Shown: positions 1-9,595 of the stretch, in pieces | Layout of the letters: the number at the start of each line of letters is the position of its first letter | Numbering within the stretch: position 1 is the first letter of the stretch | Source: Candidatus Omnitrophota bacterium | Lineage (GTDB): Bacteria > Omnitrophota > Gorgyraeia > 2-01-FULL-45-10 | Direction of reading: 5' to 3' | Assembly (NCBI GenBank): GCA_030695905.1 | Contig: JAUYOL010000036.1 | Coordinates: 54,814-118,813 of the forward strand | DNA: 64,000 nt | Program-made: the position numbers and the translations under genes | The notes under the pieces: generated by a model | What the model was told of the DNA's origin: nothing | Database searches by the model: none | The model's input: the letters and a program-made list of their open reading frames with translations, nothing else

Positions 1-263
1 ATAAAACAATCGTCCTCGATCTTAATACCCCTGTGGATGAGGGCCTTGCTCATGATCTTTACATTGTTGCCTACCACAACTTTCCGGTCGATGAATACAC
101 CGTTACCTATTACACAATCTTCTCCTATTGCGGCATCACGCATGATCTGCGAAAAATGCCAGACCGCGGTCCCCTTTCCTATCCTGGCAGATCTATCCAC
201 TACAGCTGTTTTTGCTATGGTAACGCCCTTACCCGGATTTATCTTAGATTCTCTTTTGCCCAT
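1..263 (-). CDS. Hexapeptide-repeat sugar N-acetyltransferase (WbpD-like), 3' end outside window
   Basis: Not in the ORF track. Manual translation from ATG at 263: MGKRESKINPGKGVTIAKTAVVDRSARIGKGTAVWHFSQIMRDAAIGEDCVIGNGVFIDRKVVVGNNVKI..., a left-handed beta-helix pattern with the WHF motif. Confidence 0.8.
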   Translation of the reverse strand, partial: MGKRESKINPGKGVTIAKTAVVDRSARIGKGTAVWHFSQIMRDAAIGEDCVIGNGVFIDRKVVVGNNVKIMSKALIHRGIKIEDDCF

Positions 264-1213
264 TCTACGTTTCTCCTCAATCCTTCCTCGATACCGATTT
301 TCGGTTTCCAGCCGAATAGTCTTTCTGCCAGGCCGTAATTACAATTCAATTTTCTAACCTGTGCCGCCCTGTCGGCAGTATGCACTATCCTGGAATCGCT
401 GCCTGAGATGTCTATTATCTTCTTTGCGATATAATTCACACTGACATCCTTACCATTTCCAAAGTTCACTGCATTTCCCACCGCTTTCGGATGAGAGCCC
501 ATAACAAGGAAGGCATCGATCATATCATCAACATATGTAAAATCCCTGGTCTGTTTGCCGTCACCGTGTATCGTCAATGTTTCGCCTTTCAGTGCAAGGT
601 CTATAAATTTCGGTATGACATCGTAAGTATGACGCGGCCCATAAGTATTAAATGGTCTTATAATAGCAACCGGTATGTGATAGGTATTCCAATAGGCATA
701 ACAATATCGGTCAGCAGCTACTTTGCTTGCCGCATATGGCGATGATGGATAAAGAGGGTGCTCTTCACTGATTCTCCTGCCCAGCGTCATTCCGTATATC
801 TCGCTCGACGAAGTGCATACGATCCTTTTTGTGCACTTCGTTTCCATAACAGCATGCAACATGTTCAGCGTCCCTAAAACATTAGTTTCCATTACTTCTA
901 AGGGATGCGTAAAGGAATTAGGCACATAAGCATCGGCCGCGAGATGGAATATAATCTCCGGACAATTATTCTTTACCAGCGTCCTGCAGTCAGCACTTGC
1001 TATATCGCCCGTTATTATCTCTGCAAACCTTCTTTCCAGCGGCTTTATGTTCTTGAGGTTATATTGAGTAGTCCCTATGGTAGAATTACCTCGCACATAA
1101 ACCGAGACTTTGGCGCCATCCGCAAGCAGTCTTTCCGCAAGATGCGAACCCATAAAACCGTCGGCCCCCGTAACCAATATTCTTTTACTTTTATAAAAAC
1201 TTTTCATCAACAA
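239..1213 (-). CDS. NDP-sugar epimerase/4,6-dehydratase (extended SDR)
   Basis: TGADGFMG, TSSSEIYG, YAASK, RPFNTYGP motifs. Confidence 0.9.
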   Translation of the reverse strand: MLMKSFYKSKRILVTGADGFMGSHLAERLLADGAKVSVYVRGNSTIGTTQYNLKNIKPLERRFAEIITGDIASADCRTLVKNNCPEIIFHLAADAYVPNSFTHPLEVMETNVLGTLNMLHAVMETKCTKRIVCTSSSEIYGMTLGRRISEEHPLYPSSPYAASKVAADRYCYAYWNTYHIPVAIIRPFNTYGPRHTYDVIPKFIDLALKGETLTIHGDGKQTRDFTYVDDMIDAFLVMGSHPKAVGNAVNFGNGKDVSVNYIAKKIIDISGSDSRIVHTADRAAQVRKLNCNYGLAERLFGWKPKIGIEEGLRRNVEWAKENLR

Positions 1214-2928
1214 TCCCCTTTCATTTTTACAATAAATTTTTTCATTATTTTTCTTATTGGAGGCCCTTTTAACTCTTCTGCAGGAGTAACCCGTTCAAGA
1301 TCAATTAATCGCCTTACGAACCTTTTAAGCATTTTATAACAATTCTCTTTTACAATGCTACCTAAAAAAGCGCTGCTCGGAAAGCCTGTTATGCATATGG
1401 CGCTGGTTGGATAGCAATTCTCGGCAGGTCTGCCTCTCCACCATTTATAAAATAACGTCATGTTGGAAGGTATGAGGGATTTTTTGGAAATAGCGTATTC
1501 CAAAATATTATTCAGTATGATCGGCACTTCTTTATATTTACTTGTATGAGCATACACGATAACGGGAAGGCCGCATGAGAGCATCTCATCTATAGCTCTC
1601 TTGTAATATGTTGTTATCTTATCGATATCCTTCATTCCCGCGTTTAAAAATAATTCGGGAGCTACGGGAAAGACCGGAACCTGCAGGACATTCGATATCC
1701 TGCTGCCCAAGCTGGGATATGTTGGAAGGCCCAAGTAATCATATGAAAACTCCGAAGAGTACTCATAGCCTTCGTCTTCTAATGCGCGCGAGAGCCCCGG
1801 ATTCCACCTTCCTGCGGGAGAAACGAAGCCCTTTGTAGGAATGCCGAGGCCATCAAAAAATAACCGCGCCTTTTTAATATTATGGCGGTTGCTTTCATAA
1901 TCGCCGTAGGTGTGATGATAAAACCCATGCGATTGTATATCGATACCCTCGTTGTGCCATCTTTTTATTAAGTCCTGTTTATCGGAAAAATTATCTGCAT
2001 TGACAAATATGGTTATTGCATCCCGGTATTTAGTAAGCAAAGAGCTGAATGCAGAGATAGTATCCTCATGATATTCGTCTGCATCTATGCGCAAACAAAA
2101 TATATTCGGATAGTCGATCTTCATGCCCTTCATGTAAGTAATAAGCGGCTTCTTTGCCACCTCTTCCACAACCGACACTGATCCGTCTCCAAAAACTTTG
2201 AGCACCGAATCGCGCTTCCGCCATTCTGACAGCCGTTTCTTTAGAGAGGCTTTTTCTTCGGGACGTGCCCTCCCGTATGTCTTTGAGAAATTACTGTCCT
2301 GCACCGAATAGACCTTAACTCCTGCCTCGATCCGGGAGATGGCCTCGTTTATTTTTTTCGCTCCCAGGTATATATTTTTTATCCTCAGACCGCCTATGGT
2401 ATCACAAGGGTGTACACGCAGCCTTTCCTGTACTATTACATCGCCGGTATCGAGAGATTCGTCTATGAAATGGATTGAGACGCCGACCCTGTCAGGCTCA
2501 TTATTGTAAAGGGCCCAAAACTCTGAGTCCGAACCGCGATAGAACGGCAGTATTCCAGAATGAAGATTTATAGCGCCTGCCGGCGCTATAGAGAATACCT
2601 CCTTCTTTAGTTTCCTCGTCCCGACAACCACAATCAGGTCGGGCCTGATCGAATTAAGAAAATCTACACTATCAGGATTATTGATATTTTCCGTAAACTT
2701 TACCTTTACTCCCCGAAAATCCCCGGCCATTTCTTCGAAACTTCCGTATTTTAATCTTCCCGCTGCTTTTAATAAAAGGCTTTTTATATCCGTCCTTAAT
2801 CGCTCTACGGGCTTTTTCGCTCCGCCTTTTTCATACACTATGGCGCTTACTGAACGGCCCATCCTTAAAAGTTCTTCGGCCACTATCCTGCCGTCTATAA
2901 TATCGCTTGTTAATATAGCCAGCTTCAT
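1207..2928 (-). CDS. Fusion of a formyltransferase domain and a NodB/ArnD-like deacylase domain
   Basis: N-terminal NLHSGILPFYRG and HFIDESLDTGD (10-formyl-THF transferase). C-terminal LRIDAD, HGFYH and FVSPAG (CE4/NodB fold). Confidence 0.8.
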   Translation of the reverse strand: MKLAILTSDIIDGRIVAEELLRMGRSVSAIVYEKGGAKKPVERLRTDIKSLLLKAAGRLKYGSFEEMAGDFRGVKVKFTENINNPDSVDFLNSIRPDLIVVVGTRKLKKEVFSIAPAGAINLHSGILPFYRGSDSEFWALYNNEPDRVGVSIHFIDESLDTGDVIVQERLRVHPCDTIGGLRIKNIYLGAKKINEAISRIEAGVKVYSVQDSNFSKTYGRARPEEKASLKKRLSEWRKRDSVLKVFGDGSVSVVEEVAKKPLITYMKGMKIDYPNIFCLRIDADEYHEDTISAFSSLLTKYRDAITIFVNADNFSDKQDLIKRWHNEGIDIQSHGFYHHTYGDYESNRHNIKKARLFFDGLGIPTKGFVSPAGRWNPGLSRALEDEGYEYSSEFSYDYLGLPTYPSLGSRISNVLQVPVFPVAPELFLNAGMKDIDKITTYYKRAIDEMLSCGLPVIVYAHTSKYKEVPIILNNILEYAISKKSLIPSNMTLFYKWWRGRPAENCYPTSAICITGFPSSAFLGSIVKENCYKMLKRFVRRLIDLERVTPAEELKGPPIRKIMKKFIVKMKGDC

Positions 2929-3845
2929 TTTTCCGCCTCAAATATCTGTCTTATCTTTTTGTCGGATACCGCTATTGCCCGCAAGACATCTCTTCTACGG
3001 CGGATGACCCTGGGCAACATGGAAAGCGCCCACAGGCTGCCGGCAACCAGGTCAGAACGCATGCGTAAGACATTGTAAATGATCAGGAGTGGATATAAGA
3101 ATATATTGGAAAAAAGAATCGCCGGGTCATGTATATTTTTCCATACAAATAGATACGCGTTTCGCGCCGCCATCTTCTGCCGCCTCCTCTCGCCATAGAC
3201 CTTCTTGAAAGATGCGGAATCTTCATGATACGCTACTGCGCTCTCCTCATAAACACACAGCCATCCCCTCTGCCATGCCCTATAGCACAGGTCCATGTCT
3301 TCGTATGTGCCCGGCAGGTATATTGGGTCATAGCCTCCCAGTGCCATGAATTTTTCTCTGTCATACGCGGCAGTGCTTCCCACGAAAAAGGTATAATCAT
3401 TTTTATTCATATTCTTTAACTTATTCCTGAACAATCCCGTTCTAACTGAAAAATCCATACATCCGCCGGTTATGTTCACACCCTCCTTATCCAGGATCTT
3501 TGGCGCAGCCACGAAAACCTTATCATCATTCAATCTCTCTATCAGGCGATCTATGCAGCCCGGCGCCATGTAAGCATCGTTATTCAAAAGAAGTATTATC
3601 TTTTCGGGTATCGTTCCCAAAAAATCATTGTATGATGCCACAATACGGTTGACCTTTGCAACCACAACATTAACTGAAGGAAAGTTCTCTTTTATAAAAG
3701 CGACGCTATTGTCGCTGCTCTTATTGTCAAGGACCGTAACTTTAACATTATGAGATGAGTTCCCCGCTTCTTTCACGACAAGCGGTAGATACTCCTTCAA
3801 TATATCTACGCCGTTATAATTCAATATTACTATATGAGCATCCAT
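2925..3845 (-). CDS. Glycosyltransferase family 2
   Basis: IVILNYNG, DNKSSD, LLNND, EDMDLC. Confidence 0.9.
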   Translation of the reverse strand: MDAHIVILNYNGVDILKEYLPLVVKEAGNSSHNVKVTVLDNKSSDNSVAFIKENFPSVNVVVAKVNRIVASYNDFLGTIPEKIILLLNNDAYMAPGCIDRLIERLNDDKVFVAAPKILDKEGVNITGGCMDFSVRTGLFRNKLKNMNKNDYTFFVGSTAAYDREKFMALGGYDPIYLPGTYEDMDLCYRAWQRGWLCVYEESAVAYHEDSASFKKVYGERRRQKMAARNAYLFVWKNIHDPAILFSNIFLYPLLIIYNVLRMRSDLVAGSLWALSMLPRVIRRRRDVLRAIAVSDKKIRQIFEAEK

Positions 3846-3855
3846 CTCTAATACC

Positions 3856-5418
3856 TTAGTCCTTTACCGCTGCTTTTGAATAAGTGCTCCGTACTATATA
3901 GGTAAGCGAAAATGCGACGGCTATGACAAGTAGCAATAACAGGCCAAAGACCTGCATATTATATTCGGACCTTATACCAAGCACCTTTAAAAACCAAAAA
4001 TCAAAATTATTATAACCAGACATACTACCTCTCACAGGAGAGATAAGTCTATAGTCGGGATTATATACAAACGGAATGTCTAACCCCTTTGTAATAAATA
4101 TTATACGGGTAATAACCATCTTCCATCCTCCCAGGATGGGTGAAAGATCCGGAATAAAATTTACCATGTATTCCGGGATGCCAAGCTTTTCTTTGACAAA
4201 GAAATAAAATTTTGACTGATTTATAAGCATGCACGGAAGCATGATGAAAAAACCGGCAATAGACAAAACCCACGCCGCTGATTTTGCGGTTAAATTTTTA
4301 TTATTTTCCAGAAAATCGCCTATCAAGAATATCAGAAATGCGACAGACGGCAAGAGATAGCGCGGCCCCCAGGCAAAGAGGGACCCGCGCCTGAAAGACA
4401 TGGCAAAAAATATAAGGCTGGATATGAAGATAAGCAGAAAAAGGACCGCCTCTTTTTTTCTTTTCCCGGAAATTCCTGCCAAGCCTATAAAAGACAGGAT
4501 AATGGGAAGATTAAAGATAAAAAATCCTTTTCCCGTGCTTATCAGATAATAATATAAGCCCTTTAGCACATGTGGCGCTTCCGCCACGCGCCCGGTGACC
4601 GCGAGCGCTTCCCTACTCCCGAATTTTAATAATTTTCCGTAAATAACATAATTATATGCTGTTATCAAAACAAGGAATACGGCTAAAACCGTTAACAATA
4701 CAGAGGCATCCTTAAGAATCTCCGCCTTGGCCCGCGCTCCGCTGAATATCAGGCAACACGCATAAATAGTAAAGGCCGGCAGGAAAATTATTGCGGTTGA
4801 CTTTGTAAAGACCGATAGCCCTATCGCAGTTCCTGCTAATAATAGATATTTTATTTCAGCGGAATTTTTGTACTTCAAGATAAAATAAAAAGCGAAAAGC
4901 ATGAATAATATCATGACCGGCTCCTCAAACCCGGTCCTCGAATATGCGGGGGCCATTGTTGCCAGACCGTAGATGAAGGCCAGGATAATAGAAATACGCC
5001 TTGAAAAAAAAAGATTTGTGGAAATAATAAATATCAGCAGACAATTTATTGCCGATACAAGAGGGTTGGAAAAAGAAACAAAGAACATTGTTATGAAATC
5101 ATGCGGGATGTTTTTAAAAAAATGCGCGGTTATATGACCTGTGTAAAAAAATACCGAAAGGATAACAGGCACGGCCAGACCTCCTCTGGAGCTGTATGTA
5201 TTTCCGCCACTTCCCTCAATGCCCGACTTTTTCATATAGCCAAACCCATCTATATCGGTAGGGCTGTCATTAAATGCCAGGCTATGATTTAGCACGATGC
5301 TTTTTGCGGTAAGGTAATCCTCATAACCGTCTCCGCCGTAATGACCGATTGAAAATAAACAATACAAAGACATAAAGAATACCGCTATGGCTATGGCGCA
5401 CATTCTTTGATTATTCAT
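3856..5418 (-). CDS. Polytopic GT-C-type (PMT/ArnT-like) glycosyltransferase
   Basis: Many TM helices, acidic first loop (DGYED), WGPRY motif. Start moved to ATG 5418. Confidence 0.7.
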   Translation of the reverse strand: MNNQRMCAIAIAVFFMSLYCLFSIGHYGGDGYEDYLTAKSIVLNHSLAFNDSPTDIDGFGYMKKSGIEGSGGNTYSSRGGLAVPVILSVFFYTGHITAHFFKNIPHDFITMFFVSFSNPLVSAINCLLIFIISTNLFFSRRISIILAFIYGLATMAPAYSRTGFEEPVMILFMLFAFYFILKYKNSAEIKYLLLAGTAIGLSVFTKSTAIIFLPAFTIYACCLIFSGARAKAEILKDASVLLTVLAVFLVLITAYNYVIYGKLLKFGSREALAVTGRVAEAPHVLKGLYYYLISTGKGFFIFNLPIILSFIGLAGISGKRKKEAVLFLLIFISSLIFFAMSFRRGSLFAWGPRYLLPSVAFLIFLIGDFLENNKNLTAKSAAWVLSIAGFFIMLPCMLINQSKFYFFVKEKLGIPEYMVNFIPDLSPILGGWKMVITRIIFITKGLDIPFVYNPDYRLISPVRGSMSGYNNFDFWFLKVLGIRSEYNMQVFGLLLLLVIAVAFSLTYIVRSTYSKAAVKD

Positions 5419-6352
5419 GCGAAAGAGCTCCTTTTTTCTTATCAAAACCGTGCCTCAATAAGATAAAACTGAATACAGGCCCCAATATGAACGTCAATGT
5501 CATCGTTATTATTCTGTCGGTAAGAGTCGCGAGCGCGCCGGATGCGAATGAGACATCGGTCAATGTAGAGACAGCTCCTACCGCAGCTTCTTTGATCCCG
5601 TAGGCGCCCGGGACTATGCTCATGAAATGCGTTATGATATTAAATGGAGCTATAAGCACGCAGGAAGTGAATGTAACGGGCAAAGAAAATATCCTGAATA
5701 GCACAAAATAACGCGCCGCCATAGACAATATTATCAGGAGATCCCAGAAAGAAAGGATCGTGATTGTCCTGGCGTCTTTACGAAGCACTTCCCATCCTTC
5801 AAAAAATTCATTTATCTTTACAAAGAGGCCCTTCTCGGGGAGTTTAATCCTCGGCATTAAAAAAAGCACCAGAGACCCTGCGATCATGCCAAAAAATAGC
5901 ACTAGAAAAATTATTTTATCTATGCGGTGCGGCAGACCGGAGCATAAACTGAAAGCGAAACCAACCAATCCCGAAGCAAGGATCGTGATCAATCCTGTTG
6001 TGATCAATATACCCATGTATTTATTATAATCCAGATCATACTTGTTTTTTAAATACAGGCCGCAGGCCGCAGTGCCGCTTTTTGGGGCGAGATAATTATA
6101 GAAATTATTTACGCATGACATGCCGAACCATTCCTTAAATAAAAGCCTTATATTGAACGACTCCAGTATCTTCTTGGTCTTAAGCCCAAGGCATACTTTA
6201 TTAGCAATATTAAGCAGCACCAGCAAAACAAGGAAATACGGCTTTATTGAGACCGCCTCTTTGATCTGATTAAAGTTCTTCTTTATATAAAAGGCAAACG
6301 CTGCCGTTATAATAATAATCAGCACTAGTTGTGCTATGTTTTTTTTAGACAT
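5411..6352 (-). CDS. Lysylphosphatidylglycerol-synthase-TM/UPF0104 flippase-like membrane protein
   Basis: About 8 TM helices; NYLAPKSG, PGAYGIKE and DR motifs. Confidence 0.8.
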   Translation of the reverse strand: MSKKNIAQLVLIIIITAAFAFYIKKNFNQIKEAVSIKPYFLVLLVLLNIANKVCLGLKTKKILESFNIRLLFKEWFGMSCVNNFYNYLAPKSGTAACGLYLKNKYDLDYNKYMGILITTGLITILASGLVGFAFSLCSGLPHRIDKIIFLVLFFGMIAGSLVLFLMPRIKLPEKGLFVKINEFFEGWEVLRKDARTITILSFWDLLIILSMAARYFVLFRIFSLPVTFTSCVLIAPFNIITHFMSIVPGAYGIKEAAVGAVSTLTDVSFASGALATLTDRIITMTLTFILGPVFSFILLRHGFDKKKGALSHE

Positions 6353-6974
6353 ATTTTCCGATGGCCTTTTCCAAATAATTTTTTACCACACCTTTGATAT
6401 TGTCCATACTGCCTTCGGCTATCCTCACATTAGGCACTGCCCTGTACATATCGTCATACAGAACGCTCTTGACTATGAAGTATTCCTTATCGTATTCCCT
6501 TTTTCTGTCATAAGCCAGGGCCGGCTCCGACCTTAGAAAAAATACTATGTCCGGCTGTATTATACATTTCTTAAACATGACAAGGAAACCTTTTCTCATA
6601 ATGCCCAAATACACGCCCTGCACGATATCGTCATAAAAATATCTGTCCGTAACTATGTTATGCTGTATATTATTTTTATATCTGTGATACTGCAAGTTAA
6701 AACACAAAAGATTGATGAACAGAACCATCTTTTTCATGCATTTCGAAATAAAAATAGATATACCGCCTTTTTTCTTTCTGAGATTTTCTTCCAGAGAGCG
6801 TTGTGCGTTTTTTGAAACTTTCCCGATAACCTTATGGAGTATCTTATGATAAAAGGAATCCCGTATAATATGCGAATATTCTGCCGTAATATTTCTTTTT
6901 CTTAAATAATCCAAGACAAATTCAGCAGCTGTAGTTTTGCCTGAACCATCGATCCCCGAAAAAGCTATTATCAC
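6345..6974 (-). CDS. Thymidylate-kinase-like P-loop kinase
   Basis: GIDGSGKTT P-loop, TDRY, PDIVFFL. Confidence 0.85.
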   Translation of the reverse strand: MIIAFSGIDGSGKTTAAEFVLDYLRKRNITAEYSHIIRDSFYHKILHKVIGKVSKNAQRSLEENLRKKKGGISIFISKCMKKMVLFINLLCFNLQYHRYKNNIQHNIVTDRYFYDDIVQGVYLGIMRKGFLVMFKKCIIQPDIVFFLRSEPALAYDRKREYDKEYFIVKSVLYDDMYRAVPNVRIAEGSMDNIKGVVKNYLEKAIGKYV

Positions 6975-6975
6975 T

Positions 6976-8463
6976 TTATCTCCACCCTTTAAGGTCCGCT
7001 AACGGCCGTAGCCTGGCCACCGGCTCTGCTATATTATTTTTTGAGATAACATCCAATATTTTATCTACATCCTTAAATGCCTTAGGCGCTTCTTCCGCGA
7101 TATAACCATTGCCATAATCGTAAATCTTGACATTGTTTCCGCGCACTTCATCGATCACATTCTTTGCGTCAAAAATTTGCCTTGCCGCACCTCTATCCAC
7201 CAGCCTTCCCGTGCCATGGCATGTCGAATAATAGGAGCCGGCGCATCCTTTTGTGGCAGCGCATAAAAAGGAATGCCGCCCCAAAGAACTGGGTAAAAGG
7301 ACCGGCTGCCCTGTCTTCGAAAAAACAGGATGGCCGCTGAAATAGCGCGGCGGATATGCCCTGCAGGCGCCGTTCCTGTGCACATAATATTCCTCTCCGT
7401 CTATCCGTTCTTTCTGTAATGCATCGTGGTTACCGTCATACAGGATATTCAGGCAACCGCCGTCCTTGCCAAACGTCTTTTGCAGTGCGCGCTGTATGAC
7501 AGAGGCCATATACGCCCTGTTCGCGTAACCAAAATTAATAGCGCAATAAGTACTTATAAGGTACGAACGCCCTTCTTCGTTATTTGCGTCTATCCCTTCG
7601 AATATAAAATTCTTTTTTTTGTTCCACTTATCCACCTTCCAGTATACAGTTGATTTGATCCTGTTTAAATTTTTATTAACTGACCTCAAGAAATCCCTGA
7701 GAATATATGATGACCCGAACATGCTGTAATAAAGCTTTTTATATATCTGCTGTGCGCCGAAAAGCTTTTTTGCTTTCTGAGAATAGAAATCGAAGATCGA
7801 CTGTCCAAAATCTCTTGAATCGCTGTGTATCATGAAGCAAACCTGGCTCTTTTTAATGCCGAAAAGGCCGGCTACATCTTTATTGATTATATCGTCGATT
7901 ACCTGAAGTTCTATAAAGTGATTGCCATAACCCAGGACCCCTATGCTGAAAAGGCCTATGTTCTGACACGCCTTCGGCACATAGGACATTATTTCAGTTA
8001 TATCCGTTTTATCATTCTTAAAAAGAGACCCGTTGTTCTCAAAATTCATCAGGTCCGACGGATCAATGCCATGTTTTTCTACGGCCCAGCCCGCGCCTTC
8101 TTTTATGATATGCTTAAGATCGTCATGCGAAATTATAGGAGCATTTCTCATGGAGACCGAGATGTTCTTCTGCAAATATCCGAATATAGAATCCAGCGCG
8201 TTTTCGTTTATATCACCTGACGAAAATTCCGTCTTAATAAAAGACATTGCGCAGTTCGCGTTCACGAACTTCGGAAATATCCTGTCCTTTGAAAGAACGA
8301 CTACGCCCGTAGGCGTATGGTAGGAATATTTGAAATGAACATCCGGCAGGGCCACTATCGGCCTGACAACGCCCTCGGTCCCGGCCATCTTCTCAAGTAT
8401 AGTAGACGTATTTTCGTCTATACCGTAATCCGGGTGTGTAAATATCCTGACATTGCTGCTCAT
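6976..8463 (-). CDS. rtcB: Divergent RtcB-family protein
   Basis: LPDVH, NC, GNHFIELQ, MIHSDSR, NH, VHRNGA, GQPVLLP, STCHGTGR, EEAPKAFK, C-terminal RLRPLADLKG. Start moved to ATG 8463, after a G-rich RBS and just past the upstream stop. Confidence 0.9.
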   Translation of the reverse strand: MSSNVRIFTHPDYGIDENTSTILEKMAGTEGVVRPIVALPDVHFKYSYHTPTGVVVLSKDRIFPKFVNANCAMSFIKTEFSSGDINENALDSIFGYLQKNISVSMRNAPIISHDDLKHIIKEGAGWAVEKHGIDPSDLMNFENNGSLFKNDKTDITEIMSYVPKACQNIGLFSIGVLGYGNHFIELQVIDDIINKDVAGLFGIKKSQVCFMIHSDSRDFGQSIFDFYSQKAKKLFGAQQIYKKLYYSMFGSSYILRDFLRSVNKNLNRIKSTVYWKVDKWNKKKNFIFEGIDANNEEGRSYLISTYCAINFGYANRAYMASVIQRALQKTFGKDGGCLNILYDGNHDALQKERIDGEEYYVHRNGACRAYPPRYFSGHPVFSKTGQPVLLPSSLGRHSFLCAATKGCAGSYYSTCHGTGRLVDRGAARQIFDAKNVIDEVRGNNVKIYDYGNGYIAEEAPKAFKDVDKILDVISKNNIAEPVARLRPLADLKGWR

Positions 8464-8470
8464 CGTTAAA

Positions 8471-9595
8471 TCATCCCCCGATCTCAGAGTATATCTTATC
8501 GTACTCGGCCGCCATTGCGTCCATTGTAAAACATCTCTTAACACCATCCTGAGATTTATTTGCGACATCCGAGTAAAACTTTGCGTCCTTAAGACATCTT
8601 ATCAGGTTTTCAGCATATGCATCCGCGCCATCTCCGCTTATTTTAATGCCGATGCCGTGCCTTTCAAGCTCGTCCAACGGCGCGATATTGCCGTATATTA
8701 CAGGCTTGCCTAATACGGCTAATTCGAGTAAAACAAGCGGTATCTCTAAAATTCCTACCATCGGGCGCCTTACAGGCATGATGCCTGCCGCGCAACTATT
8801 AAAAAGCGCGGGCATATCCTCAACAGTATCCAGCAACGTAAAGTTTTCTACGCCATTATTTTTCAGCAATACGGCAAACTCTTTCTTTAGCTTCGCGTCT
8901 TCTTTCGTCCTCACGCGGCATGCCATCACGAATTCGGCATTTCGTATTTTTTTCGTAACCAGTAAAGCTATTTTCAGTAGCTCAGAAAATGAGTAGGAGT
9001 CATTTAATATCTTATATGTGCCCGGATATATTACGCGTGGTAAAGGCGCGTGTTTTAAATCGGAACCGCGCGGCGCGCCAAACCGCTGCGTCTCGACTCC
9101 CGGATAGACCCTGATTACATTTTTCACGCCGAGTGCGGTAAGTTTTTCTTTAGCGTAATCGGAGTGCACCACTACACGGTCGGCAAAGAATAAAGACGAT
9201 ATCGGCACGTTAGCGTTCTTATTAAATAAAGTATGTATCGAAGTTAATATCTGCACCGATTTCTTTCCATTCTTTTTTACGAATCTACTGTAAAAGCCGG
9301 AAAAATACGGCTGCGGAGTGATAAAAAATTGGAACACGTCTATTTTTTTAGCGATTAAGACTGTTATAAATAGCACATAAAGCTTCTGCAGAATCGACAT
9401 GCTGTGCCTGCCCGGCTTCTGGAAAAGCGAAGGAATAAATGCTATGTTTGTTTCCGGAGCAAATTTATTTCCAAGCGATGACACAAAATAAAATAAATGC
9501 TTTTTTATGCGCTGCGCAATACCCATGACAATATTTTTCGCGCCATCATTGTAAGGCGGACTGATAGGGGCCATTGTTATCGTAAATATCTTCAC
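8471..9595 (-). CDS. Glycosyltransferase family 4 (GT-B), divergent
   Basis: YPGVE, EIPLVLLELAVLGKPV, C-terminal MAAEYDKIY. Confidence 0.8.
   Translation of the reverse strand: MKIFTITMAPISPPYNDGAKNIVMGIAQRIKKHLFYFVSSLGNKFAPETNIAFIPSLFQKPGRHSMSILQKLYVLFITVLIAKKIDVFQFFITPQPYFSGFYSRFVKKNGKKSVQILTSIHTLFNKNANVPISSLFFADRVVVHSDYAKEKLTALGVKNVIRVYPGVETQRFGAPRGSDLKHAPLPRVIYPGTYKILNDSYSFSELLKIALLVTKKIRNAEFVMACRVRTKEDAKLKKEFAVLLKNNGVENFTLLDTVEDMPALFNSCAAGIMPVRRPMVGILEIPLVLLELAVLGKPVIYGNIAPLDELERHGIGIKISGDGADAYAENLIRCLKDAKFYSDVANKSQDGVKRCFTMDAMAAEYDKIYSEIGG

Noticed and set aside
8464-8568. N-terminal extensions in the ORF track for RtcB (also PseI, YfhO and the GT2 at 42476)
   Set aside because: They overlap upstream genes extensively; downstream starts fit RBS or stop-start coupling better.
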